A DNA stretch of 64,000 nucleotides, from contig JAGASD010000048.1 in the NCBI GenBank assembly GCA_017621885.1, positions 7,013 to 71,012 on the forward strand, in the 5' to 3' direction. Positions 36,599-46,913 of this stretch are shown here, piece after piece; positions within the stretch are counted from its first letter, which is position 1; each line of letters begins with the position of its first letter. The translations under genes were made by a program, and so were the position numbers. This DNA comes from Clostridia bacterium (lineage in GTDB: Bacteria > Bacillota > Clostridia > Oscillospirales > Acutalibacteraceae). The notes under the pieces are model-generated. The model saw nothing but the letters and a program-made list of their open reading frames with translations, ran no database searches and had not been told where the DNA came from.

Positions 36599-37472
36599 AA
36601 TTACTGAATTTTCAGAACTTATAAATAAAGATCTTTTTGAATATTTTGATAATTGTCTTGAAGATTATAAAGTCATTTTTGACTCAATGCGTTACAGTGT
36701 TGAAAACGGAGGCAAGAGAGTGCGTCCGTTGCTTACACTACTTTTTTGTGACGCGTGCGGCGGTGACGTAAAAAAAGCGTTACCTGTTGCGGATGCCGTT
36801 GAATACATTCACTCATATTCATTGATACACGATGATTTACCCTGTATGGATAATGATGATTTCCGCAGAGGTAAGCCCTCAAATCACAAGGTTTACGGTG
36901 AAGCTTTCGCACTTCTTGCAGGTGACGGTCTTCTTACAGCCGCATTTGAAAGAATAACGGATTTGTATAAAGCCGGTCTTTACAGTGCAGAGGTTGCAGT
37001 AAATGCCGTTTCTGTTCTTTCTCATCTTGCAGGAAGCAGGGGTATGATTGGCGGCCAGGTTATTGATTTGTTGAATGAAGATAATGCAGATGCCGATATT
37101 GACAGTCTTATGCTTATGGACAACCTTAAAACAGGTGCATTGATTGAAGCTGCTTGCGTTTTGGGGTGTGTTGTTGCCGAAGCAGACGAAGGAAAAATTG
37201 AAGCTGCAAGAAAATTTGCGCAAAACACAGGACTTGCTTTCCAGATCAAGGATGATATTCTTGATGTTACAAGCACCTTGGAAAAGCTTGGTAAAATGGT
37301 AGGCAGCGACGAGCAAAACGGTAAATCAACCTATGTAACGCTTCTTGGGGTTGAAAAATGCCAGAAGCTTGTTGAAGAGTTGACACAGGAAGCCATGAAG
37401 GCACTCGGTGTGTTTGAAAACAACGAAGCGCTTATTGAGTATGCAGAATACCTTTCAAAAAGAGAGTATTGA
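36588..37472 (+). CDS. ispA: (2E,6E)-farnesyl diphosphate synthase (polyprenyl synthetase)
   Basis: First and second Asp-rich motifs, LIHDDLPCMDNDDFRRGKP and FQIKDDILD. GTG 36579 is an alternative start. Confidence 0.85.
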   Translation: MHSKITEFSELINKDLFEYFDNCLEDYKVIFDSMRYSVENGGKRVRPLLTLLFCDACGGDVKKALPVADAVEYIHSYSLIHDDLPCMDNDDFRRGKPSNHKVYGEAFALLAGDGLLTAAFERITDLYKAGLYSAEVAVNAVSVLSHLAGSRGMIGGQVIDLLNEDNADADIDSLMLMDNLKTGALIEAACVLGCVVAEADEGKIEAARKFAQNTGLAFQIKDDILDVTSTLEKLGKMVGSDEQNGKSTYVTLLGVEKCQKLVEELTQEAMKALGVFENNEALIEYAEYLSKREY

Positions 37473-37473
37473 T

Positions 37474-39333
37474 ATGGAACATAATTTACTGAAAACTCTT
37501 AATTTACCTTCGGATTTAAAAAAGCTTGATGAAAAAGATTTAGAAAAGCTGTCTGAAGAAATACGCGATAAAATAATTACAACTGTTTCTCAAACGGGCG
37601 GTCATCTTGCCTCAAATTTAGGAGCGGTTGAGCTTACTGTTGCCATACATAAGGTTTTTAATTCACCCGAAGATAAAATCATCTGGGACGTAGGTCATCA
37701 GGTTTACACCCACAAGCTTCTTACAGGCAGATATGATGATTTTTCAACTTTAAGAACAGAGGGCGGTATTTCGGGATTTTCAAGGCCGAACGAAAGTGAG
37801 CATGATATTGTTTACAGCGGTCACAGCAGTGTTTCTGTGTCTACCGCGCTGGGTATTGCCGCTGCGAACAAGGTGAACGGTAAAAAAAATTATGCTGTTG
37901 CTGTTTTGGGTGATGGTGCGCTTACGGGCGGACTTATTTATGAAGCAATAAATAACGCCGGCAGGATGAAGGATGCCCGTCTCATTATTGTTCTTAATGA
38001 TAACGGTATGTCTATTTCCAAAAACGTCGGTAACCTTGCAAAAAGGCTTGCGGTTATGCGTTCACGCACGGGTTATTATAAGCTCAAGGCTGTGGCGGAA
38101 AAGGTTGTTTCAAAAATTCCTCTTATCGGTAAACAGCTTGCAAACAAAATTTTCAAGCTTAAAACGAACCTCAAAAACGCAATGTATAAAAGTAATTTCT
38201 TTGAGGATTTCGGTGTTACTTATATGGGTCCTATTGACGGTCATAACATTGAGCATTTGTGTGATGCACTTGAAGGTGCAAAAATTATTAAAGGTCCCGT
38301 ACTTGTGCACGTAAACACAATTAAGGGTAAGGGTTATAAACCTGCAGAGGATAATCCTTCAGCTTTTCACGGTGTGCCTCCGTTCGACGTGGAAGAAGGC
38401 AATTTGCCCCAATCAACAAATAATTTTTCAGAAAAATTCGGTGAGTTCTTATTTAATCAGGCAGCAAAAGATAAACGAATCTGTGCAATTACCGCCGCAA
38501 TGTCTTTAGGTACGGGTCTCAAGCATTTTGCAGATGAATATCCGGACAGATTTTTTGACGTCGGCATTGCAGAAGAACACGCAGTACCTTTTGCTTTAGG
38601 TCTTGCAAAAGGGAATATGGTGCCGGTGTTTGTTGTCTATTCAACGTTTTTACAGCGTTGCTATGACCAGCTGCTCCACGATTGCGCCCTACAGGAATCA
38701 AAAATGATAATTGCGGTTGACAGGGCGGGTGTTGTTGGTGATGACGGTGAAACACACAACGGTATTTACGATACAGCGTTTTTTAACGGTATTCCCAATA
38801 TTACTGTATATTCTCCGTCGTACTATTCCGATTTGAACAATGCATTTGTTAATGCTATTTACCACAGCGAAGGCCCCAGTGTTATCCGTTATCCCAGAGG
38901 TTCGCAGATGTATATGCCCGAGGGCTATGAGTGTAGCGGTAAAGCTTTTGATGTCTTTGGTGATGAAAATGCAAAAATTGCAATTGTAACCTACGGAAGA
39001 ATTTTTTCCGAAAGCTATAAGGCTTATGAAAAGCTCAGTGCTGAGGGTATAAAAGTAAAGCTTATAAAGCTCAATATTATTGTTCCTGTGCCTTGTGAAT
39101 CCGTTAATGCTCTGCACGGCGTTGAAAAGGTATTTTTCTTTGAAGAAGGGGTGAAAAGCGGCGGTGTAGGTGAGAGCTTTGCGAGTGTTGCTCTTGAAAA
39201 CAAGCTTTCTCCCGAGTTTATTCTTACCGCATTCCCCGATTGCTTTGTGAAACAAGCAAAAACTGACAGTGTTCTTAAACAGTATAATCTCAATTGCGAC
39301 GGTATGTTGAAGGTTGTTAAGGAGTCAATATGA
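37474..39333 (+). CDS. dxs: 1-deoxy-D-xylulose-5-phosphate synthase
   Basis: GGHLASNLGAVELTVAIH, DVGHQVYTHKLLTGR and GDGALTGG, full length. ATG 37474 chosen (MEHNLLKTLNLPSDL). Confidence 0.95.
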   Translation: MEHNLLKTLNLPSDLKKLDEKDLEKLSEEIRDKIITTVSQTGGHLASNLGAVELTVAIHKVFNSPEDKIIWDVGHQVYTHKLLTGRYDDFSTLRTEGGISGFSRPNESEHDIVYSGHSSVSVSTALGIAAANKVNGKKNYAVAVLGDGALTGGLIYEAINNAGRMKDARLIIVLNDNGMSISKNVGNLAKRLAVMRSRTGYYKLKAVAEKVVSKIPLIGKQLANKIFKLKTNLKNAMYKSNFFEDFGVTYMGPIDGHNIEHLCDALEGAKIIKGPVLVHVNTIKGKGYKPAEDNPSAFHGVPPFDVEEGNLPQSTNNFSEKFGEFLFNQAAKDKRICAITAAMSLGTGLKHFADEYPDRFFDVGIAEEHAVPFALGLAKGNMVPVFVVYSTFLQRCYDQLLHDCALQESKMIIAVDRAGVVGDDGETHNGIYDTAFFNGIPNITVYSPSYYSDLNNAFVNAIYHSEGPSVIRYPRGSQMYMPEGYECSGKAFDVFGDENAKIAIVTYGRIFSESYKAYEKLSAEGIKVKLIKLNIIVPVPCESVNALHGVEKVFFFEEGVKSGGVGESFASVALENKLSPEFILTAFPDCFVKQAKTDSVLKQYNLNCDGMLKVVKESI

Positions 39334-40142
39334 GTGATAAAAAAAGACTTGACGTAGTTTTGTTTGAGCGTGGTTTTGCAGAAAGCCGCGAAAAAGCAAA
39401 AGCGCTTATTATGTCAGGTATCGTGTATGTCAATGACCAAAAGGAAATTAAGGCAGGCCGTGACATTAAAGCTGATGATTGCATAGAAGTCCGCGGAAGC
39501 ACGTTGAAATACGTAAGTCGCGGCGGGCTCAAGCTTGAAAAAGCAATGGAAAGCTTTCCGATAAAGCTTGACGGATGCATCTGTATGGATATAGGAGCAT
39601 CTACGGGTGGCTTTACTGATTGTATGCTTCAGAACGGGGCAAAAAAAGTATATTCCATTGATGTGGGATATGGTCAGCTTGCGTGGAAGCTGCGCAGCGA
39701 TGACCGTGTTGTTAACCTCGAAAGAACAAATTTCAGATATGTTACCCGTGAGCAAATACCCGAAGAGATTGATTTTGCTTCGGTTGACGTATCGTTTATA
39801 TCACTAAAGCTTATTTTGCCTGTGATGCACACGCTTCTTAAAGCCGGCGCACAAGCTGTTTGCCTTATAAAACCGCAGTTTGAAGCAGGTCGTGAAAACG
39901 TAGGTAAAAAGGGTGTTGTTAGAGATCCTGCTGTGCACGAGAGTGTTATTGAAACTATAGTTGAATTTGCCTCGAGCCAAGCCTTTAAGGTTCTTGGTCT
40001 TGAACATTCACCGGTAAAAGGTCCCGAAGGTAATATTGAATACCTTATGCATCTCGAAAAAAGTGATAAGGCTGAGGTTTTTGCAGCGTCGGAAACAATT
40101 AAAGAGCTTGTAAAACGTTCCCATCAGGTGCTTGATAAATAA
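39330..40142 (+). CDS. tlyA: TlyA family rRNA 2'-O-methyltransferase (S4 plus FtsJ domains)
   Basis: KRLDVVLFERGFAESREKAKALIMSG S4 domain and DIGASTGGFTD SAM motif. Confidence 0.85.
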   Translation: MSDKKRLDVVLFERGFAESREKAKALIMSGIVYVNDQKEIKAGRDIKADDCIEVRGSTLKYVSRGGLKLEKAMESFPIKLDGCICMDIGASTGGFTDCMLQNGAKKVYSIDVGYGQLAWKLRSDDRVVNLERTNFRYVTREQIPEEIDFASVDVSFISLKLILPVMHTLLKAGAQAVCLIKPQFEAGRENVGKKGVVRDPAVHESVIETIVEFASSQAFKVLGLEHSPVKGPEGNIEYLMHLEKSDKAEVFAASETIKELVKRSHQVLDK

Positions 40143-40154
40143 AGGGGATATGTA

Positions 40155-41003
40155 ATGAATTTTTATATAATACCGAATATGACAAGAAAAAATGCTTTTT
40201 CTGTCACGTGTAAGCTTCTGGAAAATATACGTGAATTAGATTGTAAGGCATTTTTTGACGTTGCATTTGAAGATATCTTTGGAAATAATGAATATGTTGA
40301 ATATGTGTTTGAAGAAGCTGCAATGGATTTATGTGATGCGGTAATTGCTGTGGGCGGCGACGGCACTTTTATAAATGCCGCAAAAAAAGCAAACGATAAG
40401 AATAAGCCGCTTATATGTGTGAATGCGGGAAATCTCGCCTACCTTGCCTGTATGGAAGGGGACGAAACACATATGCTGGCATCAGTAATAAAAGGTGATT
40501 ATGTTACGGAAGACAGAATGCTTCTTGACGTAAGCATTGTTGATAAAAACGGTAAGGCTATATATGATTCCTGCTGTGTGAATGATGCGGTCGTTTCAAG
40601 AAGCGGTAACATACGCATAATGAACCTGTCTGTATTTTGTAACGGTGCACCTCTGATTGATTATCTCGGTGATGGTGCTATCGTTGCAACACCTACGGGC
40701 TCCACAGCATATTCTCTTTCAGCAGGCGGACCTGTTGTTGAGCCTTGTGTTGAAAGTATCCTTATCACACCCGTTTGTCCGCACAGCATTTTTTCACGCT
40801 CGATTGTCCTCAGCGGTGATTCTCAGCTTGAGCTTGTTCACGATAACAGCGGTGAAGCTATCTTATCCTGCGACGGCCAGAGTGCGGTTGTAATTCCCGA
40901 AAATGCAAGGGTTACGGTTAAACGTTCAGATAAATCCGTTTCATTTATCAAAATTAAATCAGATACATTTATTGATGTTTTGAATAAAAAAATTTCCGGT
41001 TAG
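40155..41003 (+). CDS. nadK: NAD kinase
   Basis: GGDGTF motif and the NAD kinase C-terminal beta domain ([16 protein letters not shown]). Confidence 0.85.
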   Translation: MNFYIIPNMTRKNAFSVTCKLLENIRELDCKAFFDVAFEDIFGNNEYVEYVFEEAAMDLCDAVIAVGGDGTFINAAKKANDKNKPLICVNAGNLAYLACMEGDETHMLASVIKGDYVTEDRMLLDVSIVDKNGKAIYDSCCVNDAVVSRSGNIRIMNLSVFCNGAPLIDYLGDGAIVATPTGSTAYSLSAGGPVVEPCVESILITPVCPHSIFSRSIVLSGDSQLELVHDNSGEAILSCDGQSAVVIPENARVTVKRSDKSVSFIKIKSDTFIDVLNKKISG

Positions 41004-41012
41004 GTGAGAAAG

Positions 41013-41465
41013 ATGAAAAAAAGAAGACATAAAGCGATACTTGATTTGATCGAACAGTATGATATCGGCACTCAAGAGGAGTTACTTGCTATGCTGCGTG
41101 AAAAGGGCTTCGACATTACTCAGGCAACTGTTTCACGCGATGTGAAGGAATTAAGGCTTTTAAAAACCTTGGGTGAAAACGGAATTTATAAATATTCTGT
41201 TGAAAAAAACACGGATAAAGGCTATTCCGATATGTTTGAGGCTCTTTTTCAGAGTGCAATGACAAAGGTGGACTATGCCGGGAATATTTGTGTTATAAAA
41301 TGCTCGCCCGGTCTTGCAGGTGCCGCTTGTGCTACGATTGATGCTATGAACGTTAATGAGGTTGTGGGCACAATTGCAGGGGATGACACGATTTTTATGC
41401 TTTGCCGCACAACCGATGAAGCTCACGGTGTTGCAGAAGCGCTTAACAGAATGATTGGTAGATAA
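41013..41465 (+). CDS. argR: Arginine repressor
   Basis: Winged-helix N-domain (RHKAILDLIEQYDIGTQEELLAMLREKGFDITQATVSRD) and the GTIAGDDT motif. Confidence 0.85.
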   Translation: MKKRRHKAILDLIEQYDIGTQEELLAMLREKGFDITQATVSRDVKELRLLKTLGENGIYKYSVEKNTDKGYSDMFEALFQSAMTKVDYAGNICVIKCSPGLAGAACATIDAMNVNEVVGTIAGDDTIFMLCRTTDEAHGVAEALNRMIGR

Positions 41466-41478
41466 AAGGTGACATATT

Positions 41479-43152
41479 ATGCTTGACCTTTTGAAAATAC
41501 AGAACATAGCAATTATAGAGAGTGCCGAAATTGAGTTTTCGGATGGCTTCAACGTTTTAAGCGGTGAAACGGGTGCGGGTAAATCAATAATTCTTGATTC
41601 AATCAATGCAGTGCTTGGTTTTCGTACTTCCCGTGAACTGATAAGAACAGGGGAGAGTGAGGCCCGAGTTTCTGCGTTGTTTTCGCGTATAGAAAAAAAT
41701 GTTGAAAAAAAGCTTGAGGAATTATCTTTACCGTTGAGTCCTGACGGTACCCTTCTTGTTTCACGAATAATAGGTATTGACCGTAATGTTTGCAAGGTTA
41801 ACAATGCTCTTACAAACGTTACCGCATTGCGTGAAATCGGTGCTGAGCTTATAAGCATACACGGTCAGCAGGATAACAGGGAGCTTCTTAACAACGAAAC
41901 ACATATTGATTACATAGATGCAATGAGCGGTGAAAAAACGGTTTTCGAAGAGTATTCCCGTTTGTATAACCGTCTTGCTGAAATTAAGGGTCAGATTAAG
42001 CGTCTTTCCGGAGATAAAGAGGCAAAAGCACGTAAAATAGATATCCTTTCTTATCAGATTGATGAAATTGAAAAGGCTGAAATAAACCCCGGTGAGTGGG
42101 AACATTTAAAAAACAGAAGAACAGAATTGCAAAACTATGAGAAAATTCAAGGCGGCTTGTACGGTGCTTATGAAGCTCTTTCGGGCGGCGATGATTTCAA
42201 CGGCGCTGTTCAGTTGCTTTCGGGTGCTTTCAGAGAGCTTTCTTCAATTGCACAGTATTCCGAAGACGCTCAAGAACTTTCAAAAAAACTCGGTGATCTT
42301 TATTACGAGGTTGAAGATATATCAGATACCTTGAGAAGTTCGTTGAATGACGAGGGTTATTCTCAGGCTGAGCTTGAAGAAATTGAAAACAGAATAAATC
42401 TTATATATAACTTGAGCAAAAAATACGGCGAAACCGAGGATGCAATTCTTGTTTTTTTGGAAAATGCCAAAAAAGAGCTTAATGAAATCTCTTTTTCGGA
42501 TGAAAAACTTGAAGAGTTAAAAGCTGAGTATAAAGACGTTTATGATGAAACCTATAACCTTGCTTGTGAGATTTCTGCGTTACGTAAGAAGACGTCACTA
42601 GATTTTGCAGAAAAGGTTTGCGTAGAATTAAAATTCCTTGATATGCCACATGTAGAATTTCTTGTGGATTTCAATGAAACAGACCTTACGGAAAAAGGTA
42701 TTGATTCTTGTGAATTTCTTATTTCAGCCAACGTGGGTGAGGCTCCCAAGCCTATTGCTAAGATTGCCAGCGGCGGTGAGCTTTCACGAATTATGTTAGC
42801 TTTTAAAACCGTAATGGCAGATAAAGATAAAATCAACACAATGGTTTTTGATGAAATTGATGCAGGTGTCAGCGGGCGTGCAGCACTTAAAGTGGCTGCT
42901 AAGCTTAAACAGGTTTCAAAGGGGAAGCAGGTTTTGTGTGTGACACACCTTGCTCAGCTTATGTCTTACGCTGACAATCATTATCTTATAGAAAAAGCTA
43001 CAAAGGACGGAAAAACTTATACAAGTGTTACGCCCCTTGATTTTGAGGGCAGGAAGACCGAAATTGCCCGAATCACAAGTGGCGGTGAGGTTTCTGAGAT
43101 TCAGCTTGAAAATGCAGAACAAATGTTAAAAAATGCAGGTGATATTCAATGA
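41479..43152 (+). CDS. recN: DNA repair protein RecN
   Basis: Walker A GETGAGKS, long coiled coil, SGGELSR signature, 557 aa. Confidence 0.9.
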   Translation: MLDLLKIQNIAIIESAEIEFSDGFNVLSGETGAGKSIILDSINAVLGFRTSRELIRTGESEARVSALFSRIEKNVEKKLEELSLPLSPDGTLLVSRIIGIDRNVCKVNNALTNVTALREIGAELISIHGQQDNRELLNNETHIDYIDAMSGEKTVFEEYSRLYNRLAEIKGQIKRLSGDKEAKARKIDILSYQIDEIEKAEINPGEWEHLKNRRTELQNYEKIQGGLYGAYEALSGGDDFNGAVQLLSGAFRELSSIAQYSEDAQELSKKLGDLYYEVEDISDTLRSSLNDEGYSQAELEEIENRINLIYNLSKKYGETEDAILVFLENAKKELNEISFSDEKLEELKAEYKDVYDETYNLACEISALRKKTSLDFAEKVCVELKFLDMPHVEFLVDFNETDLTEKGIDSCEFLISANVGEAPKPIAKIASGGELSRIMLAFKTVMADKDKINTMVFDEIDAGVSGRAALKVAAKLKQVSKGKQVLCVTHLAQLMSYADNHYLIEKATKDGKTYTSVTPLDFEGRKTEIARITSGGEVSEIQLENAEQMLKNAGDIQ

Positions 43153-43934
43153 AAATCGGTGTTTGCAGAGGTCTTGATGATTTTGAAGCAATGAATGCGG
43201 CATCAGGGGTCGGAATTGATTACTGGGAAACAGGCTTTGGCTGTCTTGCAAATTTTGATGATGAAAAAATTGAGGTTTGCAAAAATAAGCTTGAGGAGTA
43301 CGGCATAAAGTGCCTTGCTTCTAATGGCTTTATTCCGGGGGATATGCCCATTGTGGGCACTAACGTTGATTATCCGGCTTTGTGTGAATATATGGATAAG
43401 GGCTTTGAAAGAGCAAAGCTTTTCGGAATCGAAAAAATCGTTCTCGGAAGCGGAAAGGCACGTAGCTTTGAGGAAGGCTTTTGCTTTGACAGAGCAGAGG
43501 AGCAGGTCGCTTTTTTCCTTGAAGAGTTTGCGGCTCCGCGAGCAAAAGCGGCAGGTTGCATAATTGTCATTGAACCGCTGAGATTTAAAGAATCCTCAAT
43601 TATACACACTGTTTCAGACGGTGTCAGAATTGCAAAAATGAGCAAAGCAGATAACGTTTTCGGCCTTGCGGACCTTTATCACGTTTACGGTAATAAAGAC
43701 AGCATTGAAGGTATTGCTCAATTTAAAGATAAAATAAAGCATGCGCACATTGCAGAACCTGTTAAGAGAAACTATCCACTGATAACAGATGATGATAATA
43801 TAAAGAATATTTACAAATCATTTTTTGATGCATTGAAAAAATCGGGCTGCGATACTTGCTCGGTTGAAGCGCGTACAGATGATTTTGCAAATGATATTAA
43901 AGGCGCTGTTGCAATAATTAAAAGCTGTATTTAA
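43149..43934 (+). CDS. Sugar phosphate isomerase/epimerase (xylose-isomerase-like TIM barrel), tentative
   Basis: 261 aa, general pattern of the AP-endonuclease-2/TIM family. Start overlaps the recN stop. Confidence 0.5.
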   Translation: MKIGVCRGLDDFEAMNAASGVGIDYWETGFGCLANFDDEKIEVCKNKLEEYGIKCLASNGFIPGDMPIVGTNVDYPALCEYMDKGFERAKLFGIEKIVLGSGKARSFEEGFCFDRAEEQVAFFLEEFAAPRAKAAGCIIVIEPLRFKESSIIHTVSDGVRIAKMSKADNVFGLADLYHVYGNKDSIEGIAQFKDKIKHAHIAEPVKRNYPLITDDDNIKNIYKSFFDALKKSGCDTCSVEARTDDFANDIKGAVAIIKSCI

Positions 43935-43953
43935 TCAAAATTTTCGACGTTTG

Positions 43954-43982
43954 TTGACAATGTTGCGTTGTCATTTTATAAT
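43954..43982 (+). promoter_or_regulatory. Sigma-A-like promoter for upp
   Basis: TTGACA, 17-nt spacer, TATAAT. Confidence 0.6.
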
Positions 43983-43998
43983 ATTTATACAGTAATAA

Positions 43999-44652
<654 letters not shown>

Positions 44653-44690
44653 AATTGAACCAAGCTTAGTCTTTTTTTGATGTGGTCGAT

Positions 44691-45467
44691 ATGAAAAGAA
44701 AAATTTTAGGGGTATTGTCGGTTGTTTTGTGCTTTTGTACACTGTGTTCTTGTGACAATTTAGGCGGTGGTGCAAAAACATCGGATGCAGCTTCCGGTAA
44801 GCCGATTGTTGCAGTTGCAACGGACTCTGATGAGTCTTTGGCTGCTGAGGCGTATTCTGCAAAAATCGGCGGAGATTTAGTAAGGTATAATTTATCATCG
44901 GATGCAGTTGTTGCTGTGTTAAACGGTAAAGCAGACTATGTTGTGCTTGACGAGTATGAGTCTCAAGAATATATTGATGCAGGCAATAAGCTTGAGTTTG
45001 TTGAAAGCACGGAACATAAAATTGAATACGTAGCTTGGTTTAATACTGAAGACAAAGAGTTAAAGAATGAATTTAACCGAGCACTCTCGGAGCTCGGTCA
45101 AGAAGGGGTCTTAACGCAGATTAAAGAGTCAAACATAAAAGGTGTGATTTACACATATCAGAAAAAAATTCCTCCTAAGGGGGAGTTGGTAATGCTATGT
45201 GACCCGTTGTTTGAAAATATTCTTTATTATTCAGAGAGCGGTGAGGTTTGCGGCACTGATTTTGATATTGCAAAAGCGGTGTGTACCCATCTTGGATATG
45301 AGCTCAGAATCAAGATAGTTGATTTTGATAAAATGTTTGCTTGTCTTGAAGATGGTGAGGGCGATTTTATTATGTCAGCTTCTGAGTATACTGCTGAAAG
45401 AGCTGAATATTTTATTGCAAGCGATGTTTATTCATCCCTAAATTATAATGTTTATAAAAGAGACTGA
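44691..45467 (+). CDS. Lipoprotein, type-2 periplasmic-binding-fold (SBP_bac_3-like)
   Basis: Lipobox ...FCTLCSC. Two half-domains resemble amino-acid-type solute-binding proteins. Confidence 0.6.
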   Translation: MKRKILGVLSVVLCFCTLCSCDNLGGGAKTSDAASGKPIVAVATDSDESLAAEAYSAKIGGDLVRYNLSSDAVVAVLNGKADYVVLDEYESQEYIDAGNKLEFVESTEHKIEYVAWFNTEDKELKNEFNRALSELGQEGVLTQIKESNIKGVIYTYQKKIPPKGELVMLCDPLFENILYYSESGEVCGTDFDIAKAVCTHLGYELRIKIVDFDKMFACLEDGEGDFIMSASEYTAERAEYFIASDVYSSLNYNVYKRD

Positions 45468-45502
45468 AAAAACTCCCGAAGGACTTGCCTTCGGGAGTTT
45501 TT
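45467..45502. terminator. Bidirectional intrinsic terminator
   Basis: AACTCCCGAAGG-acttg-CCTTCGGGAGTT flanked by an A-run and a T-run, between convergent genes. Confidence 0.8.
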
Positions 45503-45516
45503 ATAGCTGTAGTTTA

Positions 45517-46053
45517 TTATGCTTCTTTTTCTTCTTTCTTTTTGTGGAAGAGAATTTTGTCAACAGGGAAATAGAGGAAGAACTGAAGTGCTGAACAAAT
45601 CATCGTTGCAATATTTTTTGCAAGAGTTTCATTGCACCAATCAAAACCTACGAATAATTCTTTAAGAGTGGGGTTAAGCCAAGCTGAGAAAAGAATAAGT
45701 GCAATTGTGAAAACTATGTATATAGGAAGCGCAACAGCAACGTTAGCACCTGAGTTGAAGGTTTTTTCCTTGTTTACGAAAAAAGCAACAATCTGAGCCA
45801 TAACGTTAGCAACGTTACTTACTATAAAGTAACCAAGACCGCCGATGGCTACGGGATACACAAAGAATTGCCATTCGAAGGGAACGGTATAAAGTTCTTT
45901 GATAGCGGGAATGAGCTGAAGTGTGTTGAGCAATACAAACTGAACTATCATTGCAAGAAGGCTTACAAAGATGAATTTAACAAACTGCCAGATTGTAACT
46001 AAAAGCGAACCTTTTTGTTCTGCTGCGTTGTCGATGTCTTTTAATTTTGCCAT
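45517..46053 (-). CDS. Small 4-TM membrane protein (GtrA-like, tentative)
   Basis: Four hydrophobic segments. The FFVNKEKTF segment is reminiscent of the GtrA family. Confidence 0.45.
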   Translation of the reverse strand: MAKLKDIDNAAEQKGSLLVTIWQFVKFIFVSLLAMIVQFVLLNTLQLIPAIKELYTVPFEWQFFVYPVAIGGLGYFIVSNVANVMAQIVAFFVNKEKTFNSGANVAVALPIYIVFTIALILFSAWLNPTLKELFVGFDWCNETLAKNIATMICSALQFFLYFPVDKILFHKKKEEKEA

Positions 46054-46213
46054 AATTAAATCTCCTTTTAACTTACTATGATTTGAATATTAACACATAT
46101 TTTACTATAAGTCAATTCAAAAAAGCTTTGACAACAAAGTATTTTTGATTTATAGTATAATTATCCGAATGTTGGAAATAATTGTAATAAGTTTTTTTGA
46201 AAGGATGTTTTTT

Positions 46214-46747
46214 ATGGAACTTAAAGGCTCAAAAACAGAACAGAATCTTCGTGCCGCTTTTTCAGGTGAAAGCGAAGCAAGAAACAAATACACTTACTTT
46301 GCTTCTGTTGCTAAAAAAGAGGGTTATCAGCAGATAGCCGCAATTTTCGAGCAGACCGCAAACAATGAAAAAGAACACGCAAAAATGTGGTTTAAGGAGC
46401 TTCAGGGCATAGGTACAACTGCCGACAATCTTCTTTCTGCTGCTGAGGGTGAAAACTACGAGTGGACAGATATGTATGCTACTTTTGCAAAAGAAGCCGA
46501 GGAAGAAGGTTTTACGGAAATTGCCGAACGCTTCCGTATGGTTGCTCAGATTGAAAAATCTCACGAGGAGCGCTACAGAGCTCTTCTTAACAATGTTGAA
46601 ATGCAGGCAGTTTTTGAAAAATCTGAAGAAACAATGTGGGAATGCCGCAATTGCGGACACCTTGTAATGGGTAAAAAAGCTCCCGAGGTTTGTCCCGTTT
46701 GCAAGCATCCACAGTCATATTTTGAAGTAAGAAAAGAAAATTATTGA
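46214..46747 (+). CDS. rbr: Rubrerythrin
   Basis: [22 protein letters not shown] ferritin-like diiron domain plus a C-terminal rubredoxin-like CRNCGH...CPVCKHP. ATG 46214 chosen. Confidence 0.9.
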   Translation: MELKGSKTEQNLRAAFSGESEARNKYTYFASVAKKEGYQQIAAIFEQTANNEKEHAKMWFKELQGIGTTADNLLSAAEGENYEWTDMYATFAKEAEEEGFTEIAERFRMVAQIEKSHEERYRALLNNVEMQAVFEKSEETMWECRNCGHLVMGKKAPEVCPVCKHPQSYFEVRKENY

Positions 46748-46756
46748 TTTTTTAAC

Positions 46757-46796
46757 GAAAGGAACAGGTGAAAAGCTTGTTCCTTTCTCTTTTTTT
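46757..46796 (+). terminator. Intrinsic terminator after rubrerythrin
   Basis: GAAAGGAACA...TGTTCCTTTC followed by TCTTTTTTT. Confidence 0.75.
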
Positions 46797-46829
46797 ACCA
46801 ATTTATGGGTGATGTATTTGGTTAGTTAA

Positions 46830-46871
46830 TTAATTGACTTTACATAATTATTAATTGACTTTACATAATTA
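46830..46871 (+). repeat. Perfect tandem duplication (2 x 21 nt) carrying a -35 box
   Basis: TTAATTGACTTTACATAATTA at 46830-46850 is repeated exactly at 46851-46871. Confidence 0.9.
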
Positions 46872-46883
46872 TATTGTTAAAAT
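46855..46883 (+). promoter_or_regulatory. Sigma-A-like promoter for the ceramidase-like/GH84 gene cluster
   Basis: TTGACT (46855-46860), 17-nt spacer, TAAAAT (46878-46883). Confidence 0.55.
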
Positions 46884-46913
46884 ATATAGCGTATAAATAT
46901 ATCTTGTCAGAAT

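Noticed and set aside
37440-37480. Checked for an OLE RNA, which in some anaerobic Firmicutes sits in the ispA-dxs neighbourhood.
   Set aside because: ispA stops at 37472 and dxs starts at 37474, so there is no room for a 600-nt RNA here.
38698-39255. 185-aa minus-strand ORF.
   Set aside because: It is antisense to dxs.
41160-41858. 232-aa minus-strand ORF.
   Set aside because: It is antisense across the argR/recN junction. Both sense genes are strongly supported.
46830-46871. Considered whether the tandem repeats could be a CRISPR or iteron array.
   Set aside because: There are only two contiguous copies with no spacers, and no cas genes are present in the window.
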